Origin: Phoronis australis
Taxonomy: Eukaryota > Animalia > Phoronida
Length of the DNA: 64,000 nucleotides
NCBI GenBank assembly: GCA_002633005.1
Contig: NMRA01000196.1
Coordinates: forward strand, 145,632 to 209,631
Direction of reading: 5' to 3'
The notes below the pieces were generated by a model. It was given only the letters and a program-made list of their open reading frames with translations, had not been told where the DNA came from and searched no databases. The stretch's first letter is position 1, and the number at the start of each line of letters is the position of its first letter. The position numbers and the translations under genes are program-made. This document shows, piece by piece, positions 1 to 12,619 of this stretch.

Positions 1-793
1 TGTCTTGCCGCCACAATGAACCATTTGCCACAAGTCAAATTTCATCAAAAGGGAACTTAACAAACAAAAAAAAGTTGAAAACTTACCCCAGTTCCAAACA
101 TTCAATTGTAAATACTCTTACCTATTCTTAATTTGAAAAGGTGTCATTTATGATAAATAATCTTTAGTTGAGGTCACAGAAAAAAATATTTTGCTTGATA
201 AATTTGTAGTAATAGTGGTTTCAATCTCAAATGTACTGGCAGTAGTTTTTACCTATATGTGAGTGATCAGCACAGTGCTTTTTATGGACTCCTAAGCCTA
301 TTTTGAGATCCTTTTATCAATATAAAATCACGAGTAGTGATTGGAATTTGAGAAATATGAAAGTGGAATAATTGCCTGTGTTCTGTAATTTATTTATCCT
401 GAAAAATCAAATGTTGCGCGGAATTCAGTATCTCACATTTTGAAGATTCTTGAATTGGAGTTTTTAGCTGAGGAAAATTTTTACTCGTCAAGTTATGTGC
501 TATTTGAAACAGGAAGCGTCAAATGAAATTTTAGCTCTACAGTAAAGAAGACGCTTTTCAATTTCAAACAAAGCTATTGCCAACATCACCATTCCTATAT
601 TTTCAAAGGCTGAACTTCTGTATTAAGGATGATAAAAATGTTTCTATGTTTTAAATTGTTTGAAGGCAGCTGCACAGTGCAATCAATGCTACTAATGATG
701 CTCATTTCTCTTAATGCTTATTTTTGCTGAGTACTTAGACAAAATGAAATTTCACTTGTTGTCCATACTGTGTGCTAAACTGAAGATTATTTT

Positions 794-949
794 CATGCGC
801 GCACCCAGGGGGTTCGGAGGGCTCGAACAAGCCCCCCATTTGGCGAAGTGGGCAAAAAGCTCCGTCTGAGAGAAACAAAAAGTCCGAGAAAATGAGACAA
901 AAGTCCACTAAAGAAGCGTTTCTCATATTGAAGGCTGGGTGCGCGCATG
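794..949. mobile_element. MITE with CATGCGCGCACCCAG TIRs and 5-bp TSD
   Basis: CATGCGCGCACCCAG...CTGGGTGCGCGCATG, flanked by ATTTT on both sides; related copy at 14623-14876. Confidence 0.75.
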
Positions 950-1133
950 ATTTTGGCTATCCATTTCAGTTAAATAGGATTACTGTAACAAGGACTTTGG
1001 TGTTTAGATAAAACGGTATTCAGGTTGTTGAAACTTTTTTATTTTGGGTAAGGTGCAGGCTTGCAGAGATATTTTTATAACTTTGTCTTTGCCATTAAAG
1101 TTGGGCTCAAAATTTGTGTTTCCTGGTTAACTC

Positions 1134-1416
1134 ATGGAAGACATTGAACCGTTTGCATGCAAGCTGTACGGCGAGTCATCAACAGTTAACAAAGCACGCT
1201 ACCACATATTCAGGTTGAAATCTGTGATCTGCCTCCTCATCATGATTGTTTGCTACTACATGCTAAAAGAGCAAATTACCAGTGTGCCATTTAAAAACGA
1301 GCCTTCCAACACCATGTCAGTGCACCATCTCCGGTTGCTAGTGGGTGGCTTTTGGAGCGGGGTAGTCTGATGCTCCTCTGGATGACTCTGCCTTTAGCCC
1401 CAGAAAATGCCATGAA
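1134..1416 (+). pseudogene. Academ transposase C-terminal (XPG-like) remnant
   Basis: Across a frameshift reads FACKLYGESSTVNKARYHIF..DLPPHHDCLLLHAKRANYQCAI*KRA..APSPVASGW..LLWMTLPLAPE, the pattern that precedes the Cys-rich zinc finger in Academ-type transposases. Confidence 0.7.
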
Positions 1417-1576
1417 AAGTCATAGGCGGATTTAGGTTGGCCCAGCCCCCCCTGTTAGCTGCCACAAAAAAATAAAACAGCAAGAGCGTAGTTAAATGTG
1501 GAATTTATTAATTAACCCCGGTAATTAACACGGCTGAAACAAGATTTAAATGTGTTCAGTTTTAGTGTGTTTGGGG

Positions 1577-1949
1577 NNNNNNNNNNNNNNNNNNNNNNNN
1601 NNNNNNNNNNNNNNNNNNNNNNNNNNNNNNNNNNNNNNNNNNNNNNNNNNNNNNNNNNNNNNNNNNNNNNNNNNNNNNNNNNNNNNNNNNNNNNNNNNNN
1701 NNNNNNNNNNNNNNNNNNNNNNNNNNNNNNNNNNNNNNNNNNNNNNNNNNNNNNNNNNNNNNNNNNNNNNNNNNNNNNNNNNNNNNNNNNNNNNNNNNNN
1801 NNNNNNNNNNNNNNNNNNNNNNNNNNNNNNNNNNNNNNNNNNNNNNNNNNNNNNNNNNNNNNNNNNNNNNNNNNNNNNNNNNNNNNNNNNNNNNNNNNNN
1901 NNNNNNNNNNNNNNNNNNNNNNNNNNNNNNNNNNNNNNNNNNNNNNNNN
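1577..1949. other. Assembly gap (N run)
   Basis: 373 consecutive N. Confidence 1.
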
Positions 1950-2059
1950 AAATTTACCAACATACGAGATTAGCACAGCATTAGAATGCCAGAAACAAAT
2001 TTCTACTTGGAACTTTTTCTTCATAGTCACGAAGTAACACAAAGTATACACCTGACGAC

Positions 2060-2766
2060 CTATGAAAATACAGAGATCAATGTAAAATATTTAAATTGCC
2101 ACTAGAGGCATACCGGTAGTCAGAATCATCCTAAAGTCGTCATCGTCCGTTGTCAACATCACACAAATACACTTGCTAAATTTAGTAAAGATCCTGCAAA
2201 CGGTTTGGGAGATAAGCCATGGCGCAAAAAAACTGCCACTAGGAGGCGCCACAGTAATCAAAGTCATGGGAAATTCAGCGTCAACCGTCCTCTTCATAGT
2301 AAGAACATACATGCCAATTTTCACAATCATACTTATAGCGGTTTGGTTGATAGAGGGGTGGACGCCAAAAAAACAGACTCGAAAACACTAAAAATGGCCA
2401 CTAGGTGGCGCAAACTATAACGAATCCATCTGAAACCGGCAGGATAGCGTCATATCACTAATAGGTGCCTTCATACCAAATTTCATGAAAATCCGCTCAG
2501 GACTTTTGAAGATACAAAGGTAAGCGTAAAAAACTAAAATTGCCACTAGGGGGCACACCGGTAGTCGGATCCGTCCGAAAGTTCGCATATGCCGTCCCAT
2601 TTATGAATGGAACATATGTGCCAAATTTTATGAACGTATGTCAAAGGGTTTTGGAGATAAAGCAGCGGACGCCGGACGGACGCCGCCCGGATGGACGGAC
2701 GGACGGACGGACGGACGGAGATGACGGCATAATGCGTCCACATATAAATATGTGGGCGCATAAAAA
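2060..2766 (+). mobile_element. Pearl/HINE-like (Helentron-associated) non-autonomous element
   Basis: Four ~140-160-bp core repeats, each with GCCACTAG(G/A)..GC (~2098, 2235, 2398, 2542), a (GACG)n microsatellite at ~2667-2719, a 3' hairpin ATGCGTCCACATAT-AA-ATATGTGGGCGCAT at 2732-2761 and an A-run end. The 5' boundary is approximate. Confidence 0.65.
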
Positions 2767-2940
2767 CGGATTTGGTCTTTTGGGCAATTGAAGACTATTT
2801 TAAATACAACAAATTTGTTACAAACTGATTGCACAAAATATAAAATGTGTAATAAACATCACAACAAGAAGTAGGTTTTGCGCGCAAACGATGTGGACCA
2901 TAAACAAGTAGGTCTCTTAAAATCAAAGTACGAGTAAAAT

Positions 2941-3002
2941 CGTGGTGGTGCAGCGGTAAAGCACGTGCCCTCTATCCTCCAGGTCGTGAGTTCGTGTCTG
3001 TG
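2941..3002 (+). mobile_element. tRNA-derived SINE head fragment
   Basis: A-box-like TGGTGCAGCGG and degenerate B-box GAGTTCGTGTC at tRNA-like spacing; no intact cloverleaf. Confidence 0.4.
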
Positions 3003-6000
3003 GTACTTGCAGTTTTTAAAGTTTGACACGTTCTCCGTGTGTCTTTTTTCTTGGATAATATTTCAGGAATCAAGGAAAATGCTCTATTTTTAGAGGAAAA
3101 AACAGAAAAAATTTCCTGGTGGGAGGGGAGGAAACCCCCCTCCAGACCTCCCCCCACTCCGTGCTATGCGCATATACAATCGTACTGTGCGCAAATGTTT
3201 CCAGACAAAATGTTGCCCCCCTTGTGATATCCTAGATCCGCCACTGAAAATGTTAATGGCAAGTGTAAAAGAAGTGGTTGTCGTGAAAAATGTGCTCTTG
3301 TTTGAAGTCGGGCATGCCATGTTCTAGGCTGTGTGACTGTCCAGGTTGTGTGAACATGGTGTCTCAATCAAAAAACAACTTTCGATGACAATAATGATGA
3401 TATTAATGATGATATAAATGATGATGTAGTGCATGAAAAAACATAATAAGTGTATGCTATGTTGAATTTTCAACCTAATGCAAAACATGGACAACATTTT
3501 ATCATGCTCATGACTGACACTGCTCGGTGTGTCGTTCCCTGTGACAGTTGACAGTGAACTGCATTGTAGGATAATGTTAATTAATTATGACAATTAATGA
3601 AATTGATGACAGAAAATTTGTTGCAGAAGCATTGGAAATGTGCACCTGTATGGTGTTCACATGTAGGTTGTGATGATGTCAAATCATTATCAAGTTCCAA
3701 ATAGTTAACAGAAAAGTTCTTTTTGTAGGAGTTCAGAATATATTAGTATGTTTTCTGCCCAACAGTAGGCGCTGCTACAATTTTACTTTTTCTCTTTATG
3801 AGCAATTTTCTTTCTAATGTCATATTAGTTATCACTTTCCTTGTTCAATAACTTCAATTGAACAACATCCAATTAGTTTATTCAGTTTTTGTTTAGTGTT
3901 TTTGGTTTTTGAATATTGGTTTTCTGTGTCAAATTTTGCAAAAAGTCAGATATTTGAGGTCAAATTTCTCCAAAACGTGCAAGTTAAACCTTGGGAACGT
4001 TTTACATTCTTAAAATATACTACTTAATGACCTTAAAAATGCCAACATTATCTTGCCCCCAAAAAGTGGCCACCTAGGCTCTAGGCTTCCTCGTCGTTTG
4101 GACTATGGCCTACAGCGGTTGGAGTGCGAAATAGGCGACGATCAGATGGAGATTATAATAATGGGGAAGAAACTCGAGCCAATGAAATTGACGAAGTCGA
4201 ATCTTGTTTACCTTCCAATTCCTACGCTTCTGAGTGTACTACCTGGATAGAGTTGATTAACGTTAAGACCACATTAAAATCAAGCCAAAATCACGTGGTT
4301 CTCACTTAATCTCACGAAGTCTTGCTTTTAGCGAGGTTGTAGCGTTAGGGAATCCTAGCCAGGCCTTCATTCTGTAGAACAAGGAATTGGTGCACGCAAC
4401 TCTTCGCGAGTATCACCGTGTACGGAACACAGTCCTGTCGTGAGGGTACTTTGATGCAAGGTCCTCACGGAAACGCAGGTATTGCCTGTGAAGCCCGGGT
4501 GACACTATCTTGTTTCACGAGATCACTGCGGGTACAGAACTCAGCCTTCTTTGAATCGATAACATATTTGAATGAAGGCTTAGGATGTCTATAGTTTGCT
4601 GTAGTCTTTGAATGTGGTCAAAGACAGGAATGCCCCGATGGGTGCAACAGTTCTAGATTAATCCAAGACTTCCTAAGGTATTTGGGCTCTATAAGGGAAC
4701 AGTTTCAGTACCAATCAAAAAACAAAGTGATGATTAATCTGTAGCTGACAGCTTAGTACATGGACGCTATACTATATTGGCAATGCCAGATAAGATTACT
4801 CGATATCCATGAGCCGAGTGTAGGGGGATGCCAATCGCTTCAACCTTCAACCACCCAGTCGCCACGATTTTTTTCACCTTCAGTCACCGTACAGTAATCT
4901 CCACACACCAAGGTCGCCCCTGTGCTGGAGCTATCCCACAGTTTTTGTCCTTTTAGTGGCTGTTTTTTTTTCGTGCTACCCCGTTAGCTAAGATATATGT
5001 ACCCGGTGAGATTTATTTGTTTGTGGTGGATACTACCCACTTTTACTATTTTTCCTGGAAAGAATTTACGTGAAAAATCAACCAGCATTGGTGTTCGCTA
5101 AGTTTACTGAGTGGTGATCTCATAAGAACACTTTATTATAATGTTTTCTTCGGAAACCCTTCTTAAAGTAGAATTAATGTATCAATCTTTATTATGTGGT
5201 AATTATTAATGTTACCTAATAACAAATACCAAAGGACGTATATCCAAATTGGATTTGAGACTACCTGCGGTTTGAGTTAGGTGGTATGACTATCCCTTGA
5301 GCCAGTCTTGGGAGTATCGCACGAGGTTGATATGGAAATAACCTCCGCAAACAGCTGCATATGAGCTGGATGAGTGGGCCTTCCCCACATTCCAGCTATT
5401 GTGAATAAGCCTATCACCTAGATGCAGGAGTGCACAAATGATGGACTTTTGAGTACTCCCGAGCTCATCTTGAGACTACACTGTGAGCTTGCTTGATCTT
5501 GGAGTACCCCAGTTTGAACTTTTCGTTACAATTGTAATGAAGCAAACCGATGATAAATTAGTAATTTGCCACTGCATATGCTGGCTTTGCACGTGTTGGA
5601 CCGACCGCCTTTGTCGGAACTAAACATTTGCCACCCTCACCTTGGCAATAGATAAGTCAGTATTGCTCCGTTATCGATGATTTCGCGTAACTTGAAATTC
5701 GACTTGACCTTCGGACTTGCTTTCCGACTTGTAAATTGCGAACTTATTTTGGTTTAACGAACACCCTTACATCATTGTTGCACTGTTTTGGGAACCTCGG
5801 GCACGGGGACCTTTTACGAATACCTGCATTTCTCGGATTTACGAAACTTTGGATTTCCGAACTTTCGTGATGCCCGTTGATGACATGCAATGCTTTACAA
5901 TTCGATAACAACTTTTTGGGAGGTTAGTTATAGTTTCGTATTCAGGAGAAAAATGAGCCGTGCGTAAGAAAATATTCGGTTACTGAAAAAATAACTAAGA

Positions 6001-6219
6001 TCAGGAAGAATAGGATTTTGATTACCAAAAATATTCTTTCCACGAAAAATGTGTAAAAGATTGCCAGACAGTGGACGCTGACCTGTAAAAGAACTATTCG
6101 TGAGTACTTTCACCTGGCAGTGTACTTGTACATTTTTCTTTTTTGACTAAGTAAAGTAGCCTGTAACTATTTCTTCGCAAAATGTTCCCACATTTTAGGT
6201 TGTGCATTTTCTGTAACGT

Positions 6220-6405
6220 CAAAATGAGATTGCCGGGTAGAACTATTCAAGGAGTCTGCAGCTCAGATACACTTGCTAAGCGATATTGCGTAAAAAAATA
6301 AAAACTGCCCACCAAAATGAGATTGCTGGGTAGAAGTATTCACGGAGCCTACAGCTCAGATACACCTGCTAAGCGATATTGCGTGAAAAAAGAAAACTGC
6401 CAACC
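6220..6405. repeat. Tandem dimer, 93-bp unit
   Basis: CAAAATGAGATTGC(C/T)GGGTAGAA...GCTAAGCGATATTGCGT..AAAACTGCC at 6220 and 6313. Confidence 0.85.
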
Positions 6406-6740
6406 TTAACGTAGTGATTGGCTTCCGCACTCTATGAAACAAACTAGATGGCGTTGCTGGCTGGATTTTTGCGGGGCTTTACCGACATTGAGCATGCAAC
6501 ATACGCACAGTCATAGTTTAAAACTCACCAATGAATACTCCGGTTCGAGTCCCAGATATTTGTTCGTTGGTAATGCCGGCGTCTTCTAGGGCCATGTGTA
6601 CACATTCTAGCGCCAGGCGGTGCTGAGGGTCAACAGATGCTGCCTCGATGTTGTTGATACCGAAAAATTTATTGTCCCATGCTGAACCACTGGAAATATC
6701 AGGCGTGCGTTCAGTAGACGATATGACCTACGCTAGGACC

Positions 6741-7440
6741 TAGCTAAAACNCCTCGATTGTGTTAAGTCCGGTCGTCGTTTGTTTTTGGTTACTACTATA
6801 GGAGTCAGCCGACATGCCACACTGTTGCTGCGTACCGGGATGCAGTCATTATGGCCCAAAGCCTGTAAGCAGCCCTGCTGCGATGTTGAGTAGTGGGAGT
6901 GAATACAGGCCCAGTGAAGAGTACAGTTCGTCATTCAATGAACAGATCGGTGACCCAAACTTTGATAAGTTTATTGTGGACTTGTCTAAAGTATTGGAGC
7001 TATTTAAAAGGTGTCAGTTGTGTGGCGAGGGAGTCACACGGCGGGGTTTAAGTAGTTTGTGTGCTCAGGTCACTATCCAGTGAGATTGTGTCGCAGGACA
7101 CCGTGGCAAGTGAGACAGTTGTTCCTCTGTCCGTGAGACGACAATGAGTACATCCCGGTACGCAGCAATAGTGTGGCATGTTGACTGACCCGTAAACAAA
7201 TGCAAGGAAAGACCGAACTTATCACAACTGAGATAGAAAAAGGACTGACTCGGCAGCTCTCTCGGTCAGAATATATGAAAAAAATTGGCGCGAAATTCTT
7301 GCCTCCCATAACGTCACTTCCAGAGTAGAGAACGAATAATTAATTAAATTACGAAAAGCTGTAATTAAGTGGAAGACATGTCTGGGATAGCCAACGAACC
7401 TTTTTCGCTAAAAAAACATGAAAAAATGTTGCCTTCGCCT
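6741..7440. mobile_element. Rearranged Kolobok copy (right TIR plus inverted internal transposase fragment)
   Basis: 7280-7440 matches the TIR at 55780-55941 and is followed by TTAA (7441-7444). The THAP start (MPHCCCVPGCS) is present on + at 6814 and again on - at ~7149-7180. Confidence 0.8.
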
Positions 7441-7655
7441 TTAAGGCCATTTTTCCCTCGTGGGAGACATGTAGTTGTTACAACCAGTTTCGGGTGAAGT
7501 CACAAAAATAGGATCTACAATCGCTTAAAGAAAGCAGATGAATCACCACATGTGTTAATTTCCTAGCGTTTATACAAAACTGACGTAAAAGTTACTGCAG
7601 CATAAAAACAGTAGAAGAAACAGGTCTGATTAATGATTGTGCTTGTGAGCGTTAC

Positions 7656-7864
7656 CTGCTTATCAAGCCGGCCTTGTTACAGTAGTACTTTCCCACTCCG
7701 CCTTCTGGAGTAAAGAATGCGTCAATGTTCCATCGGTCGTTTGGTATTTCTGTTATGTGGTTTTCTCCGTTGAGTAACGTCTCCCAGAACTCATCGACGT
7801 CGTCGCTTCCAGGAAAGCGGCATCCAACACCGACGATAGCGACGTGGTTGTCGTCGGTGTTCAT
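7656..7864 (-). CDS. Animal type I polyketide synthase, first coding exon (N-terminal ketosynthase domain)
   Basis: MNTDDNHVAIVGVGCRFPGSDDVDEFWETLLNGENHITEIPNDRWNIDAFF...CNKAGLI is the canonical KS N-terminus. It ends at donor AG|GTAAC (phase 2). The next exon (DPQQR motif) was not found in 1-7655. Confidence 0.9.
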
Positions 7865-10061
7865 ACTAACACCACCTTGTTATAACAAGATTCAGGAACA
7901 TTTGCGGATGTGCAACAACCCCGCCTATGGAAAAATCCAGAAAAGGACTATAATTTTCTTTCCAACGGATTTTTTGCTTTAATGCCTGTTTCTGTAAATT
8001 GCAACCGTTGTAAGCTCAGATGTCAAACGAAGGTGAGCTTCGAGAAATAGGTGCTAGAAATTTCTTTTTAGCAATCACGTATGTACACTGTATGTGATCG
8101 AGACACAATTTTGTTAAATGTTAGCGACGAGCAGTGTTCACAGTTATGATTTGTGCAATAGGTAAAAGATAAGAATGACAGGTCCAAGTCGAGTAGAAAC
8201 AGCAACGCATAGAATCCGGGTTGGAAAGAATACACAGTGGAAATTACAAAAACAAATTATTACATTATATTACACATGCAACCGTTAGTAAATTAGTATT
8301 TGCAGGCTCTCCGGCACCGGCTAACAATTCCATGGAACTAAATTTGATTTTTTTCCAAATCAAAACCTTGCCTTTGGTAGCCCCAATGCCTAGTGAAGCA
8401 AAACGTTGCGTGGAAGTAATTGATTTACATAGTCCGTTCACAGTTTTTATCGACGATTCTGCTTATTCGCAACTCATTCCTGACATGCGTTCTGTCTACA
8501 TGACTCAGCATTGCTACGATGACATACTTTTCAATTCGGGAAACTACCACAAATTACGTCAGCGATTGCTCATTGCCTCAGCTGTGTGGAATAGTTGAAT
8601 GGAAATAATTTGATTACAAGAAATATGTACAATGTAGGTCAGGGAGACGATAAAGGATAATAAGCGTTTTTACTGAACGACATTATTTTAGAAATTTAAT
8701 TTTTTACATAGCCGCTTTGAAATGAAACTTAAATAATTTTTCAATATTTATATAGTAGTAAGTTTCTGTTGCTAAACAGAATTAATTGAATTCCATGGTG
8801 ACGATTTGATGCAGGATCATTTAGAAATAAAACATGCGCTTATGATACAAACAAATGGTTTCCTTGCGTATTGGATTATTTACATTGAGCAAATGACAGT
8901 AAGTTTTACAAATGAATTCAAAACACATGGTATCACCATCGACGAAGAAAACTATTTATTTCCAAATGATAAATGAAAGAGCAAAATGAAGAACCGTATG
9001 CATTAATACTTTTCAAATTAAAATCTTGCAATAACTCACTTTTCTTCACTGGTTACGAGAATTTGCCGTTGCTGAACGTTATTCCCACGGCCCACTGAAA
9101 GTCTGTGAGACCAGACGACGCTGATGTTTTTTATAAGGAGCATAGCGTCCGGCCGATAATGATAACACTTCCTTGAACACGGGTGTCAGGTTTTTCCTTG
9201 TTTGAGCGGTAGCTAATTGTTGCTTCAACTGTCTTTGACGTATCTGAATTTTGAAATCGAATTAAATTACATGTGAACATATGCCTTTATCCAAGAGGGC
9301 AAGAGGAGTAAGGTACGGTCCGCCCAAAAAATGCCCATGGGCATTTGAAACCCAACTCCGCTTGAACAAGAGTCTACAGGTATAGTGTAAACGGCTGTCG
9401 AACAGGGGTAGTAAAACTGTCGCTCATTCTTAATGTGTTACTGTCTGTTCGTCACGTCCACACTTTCCTAAACCACAGACAGGGCGTCATTCATACTGTA
9501 GTTTAAAAAGCACACAGGCAAACACAGATATTTTGTAAAGCAAATTCCCTACAAATTAAAACTATATTTGTATCGGATTGATTTCAATGGTTGAAAAACA
9601 AAATATTGTAAAAACCTGGCGAAGTTAGAAAGGGTTAAGGCTTTTGATAACACATTAAGCGACTCACAGTGCATTAAAAGGACTTGACGTCATCAAACCT
9701 CCCGTAAATCAAATATTCATTTAGACCACTTAGTACCTTTAAGACATTGGCCTCAAATTCATGCTAAATGAAATTAGAGGCCATTTTAGGGCTTCAAAAA
9801 TCTGACAGTTCTTTGATGATTGTAACTGATATTGAAAACGCTCAGCTCATGCATCATCTTGTGAATTGCGCATCATTGAAAATTGAAGAGGAAAAATGGA
9901 AATTAATGTTAACAAACCGAATGATGTGTTTTTATTAGTGTCGCCATTGCACACTTTTTGTTATCTCATTAATTTTTAATTCAATTATCTGGGTAAAAAA
10001 GTATCTGTATCTAGGACCAAACATCCCTTGTTTCTGTTGTGTATTAAAGTCCTGGTCTCAC

Positions 10062-12088
10062 ACGTTGTTAACCCTTATTAGTTGGTTACAGGGTGTTAAG
10101 AGGATCCAAGAAGTACCTACCCCATAACTAATACACAATCGGTAATCGAATAAAGCTTAAATAAACGCACCACTCACGATTCGCACCCGAAGAACACATT
10201 GCCATTTTTAATTTGCCGCGAACCCGGAAGTACAATTCATTCAGGAACCCAGGCTAAGAAAACGCCGTTAGTGCAACTGGAGCAGTGCCTGTTACAAGCC
10301 TGCAAACGGGGATATAACAATCGACAGCGCGCATTCATTTTAATCAAAATACATACAATTTTATCGAATTTGCTGAAGAAATGTGGCGAATCAATTTTGA
10401 CTGAAATTATTTTGCCGGACTCGGGACCGTAGGCTATCGGACCCGTTGCGGATCTAGCCTCCTGGCGAACAGTAAAGGCATTTTGCAAGTTTTTTTGTCC
10501 AAGTAAAATGTTCAAATCATACATGCCGTATATATTCAAAGGTAGGTTCAGACACTTGCATAAAATTACGGGCTGGTTAGTCGTGTGTCACACTGCCACG
10601 GTAGCCCTTGGCTAAGCCAGCCTCATCGCCAGCTACCAGTATGAAGACTACATGTATCTTCAAAGTACAGCTTGTTAGTAGGCCTATACAGCTTTGCGCC
10701 AAGGCTACCCTTAGGCGTACACTGTACCTGGTCGCTGGCCACAGCGCTCGCTCAAACGAGGTTTATTTAGAATTTGGGGTCTTCTGGCGACCTGTGCAAA
10801 GTTGTTGGCTTTCAACAGAGATTTTCCCAGACTTTGTTTGAGCGCACCAAGCCTAAAAATGGGGGGGCTGGAATTTTTGGGAATGTCTACCTTTTACTAT
10901 AAGATTTCCTGGGTATGTTCAGAGCTATGAATTGCAGACGCTAAATTTTGGTACTTCCTGTCTTCTAGTGGAATATTGCCTCGTTTTTCTACTTTTTTCG
11001 GAGTTCGTGCTTCTCTGACTGAGGCAGACCTTTTCCATTTCTCCAAATAGGGGGCTCGTTCGAGCACATCAGTATGACAAGTCCAATACAAAATTTTATC
11101 ATTTTTATTCATTAAGCCAAAATGATTCAACCTTTTACCATAATAAGTAACTTAAAATGCACAATACTATACAACATTTAACATTACAAACACAATCCAA
11201 CAGCAAAAGTTTCCATGATATGAAAGTGTACATACAGTCATGCAACTACATTGTATTACCATGGTGATCGAATAGTGCTTCCCTACACCAGAATTTGACA
11301 AGCATGATTTAAAAAATATGAAGTTGCACGGAACAAGAATTGGAAGCTTGAAGCTTCACAACCTAATATTGCTTATTTCTCATTTTCAAATTCTTCATAT
11401 TGTTGACTTGATAACCTGAATTAAGAAGCATTAAGTTTTAAAACATGACTTGAAAGCACTTTAGACTTAAAATTTAGAAAAATATGAATCATTTTGTGAC
11501 ACCTAATCAAGCCTTGAACAGCAGTTGACAGACAAACAAAAAACATTTCAAAATTATTTCAACTATTTTTTTAGCTTAGTGTAAGATCAACTGAATAGGA
11601 AATTCACAGTAAAGTAATTCGAATATACATGTATCTTATATTTTTGCACCAAAACACGAAAATTGTCCAAAGTTCCTTTTTGTAGCAACGTCTGTCAAAA
11701 TGTATCAACGTTAAATCTTCACAAATTACAAAGTAACTGGTCGAACACGCCTTCCACTTCAGCAAAAGTCGCCATGTTGTTGGTGCCGCCAACGGGAATT
11801 GTGAATACATTTATCACTTAATAAGTAACAACTGCGGGGCTGAAATTTGGTGAAAACTGTTGAATCGTGCAGAATAGTAAGTAAAGATATGTTTCACCAA
11901 ATTTCACCATAAATTGTTGGCGAAAACAATTTACACAAAGTTTTAAACTCGTAACTTATCCCGTTGTCTTCCAATATGGCCGACACGATCCAAACAAAGT
12001 GACCCAAATTTCGCCACAAAAATTGCAATAACATTACACTGCTTGCCTCGATTTTGATACTTTTTCGATTTTTTACTGAGTAGAATGT
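10062..12088 (+). repeat. Interspersed repeat family (unclassified), copy 1
   Basis: Collinear high similarity to 41567-42033 plus 44124-45628; embeds a fragment of the CATG-terminus MITE at ~10840-11070. Confidence 0.85.
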
Positions 12089-12619
12089 TTGAAATTTAAC
12101 CAATCCGTACAGTCCCTGTCATTGCTTTGCGTGGTGCAAACTCCTCCAGAGAATGCATAAAACCCAGGGTAATAGTGATGCATTGTTGTCATGCCCCTCA
12201 AGACTTACACTATTTCAGTTGTGACAATCGCCGATGCTTACTACATGTACTTCGTGTTTCTAGACGCATATTCGTTATCATGGCTTATGAAACATAACAC
12301 GACGGTTTTGTGCACCCAGGTGTGAAGACATAGATATAAAACAGTTTGTATATCAACTTGAAATCTTAGCTGCTGTACATTTCTGGCAGCTTCCGATTCG
12401 GAATCAGAAAGAATAAAAATTGAAATTTCTAGCACCCTACAAATAAATAAATGCATTTTTGAAGTTACAATCGCTATAAATAACATAAAGAATAAGACGA
12501 TCACAACCTTAGTCTATAAAATAAACGTCGATGTATCTTTCCATAGAGGTGACAAGTCTCGACATTTCCCTCGCCAATGCTTTCTCAGTTTTCTTCTCAA
12601 CACTTCTCAAACTTTGCAG

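Larger units (their letters stand above)
1..4112 (+). mobile_element. Academ-superfamily DNA transposon, degenerate; left end outside window; contains nested insertions
   Basis: Right terminus GACTATGGCCTA at 4101-4112 is the reverse complement of the TAGGCCATAGTC terminus at 13929. Bases 1-310 and 3970-4112 match 13929-14440 in inverted orientation. Transposase remnant at 1134-1416. Confidence 0.7.

Noticed and set aside
1512-2051. Long ORFs at 1512-2051 and 50961-51590
   Set aside because: Artefacts of translating N runs.
4113-5930. Further PKS exons or a recognisable retroelement
   Set aside because: The frames I translated are stop-ridden; I saw no DPQQR/TACSS or RT/integrase motif. Probably old TE debris, left unassigned.
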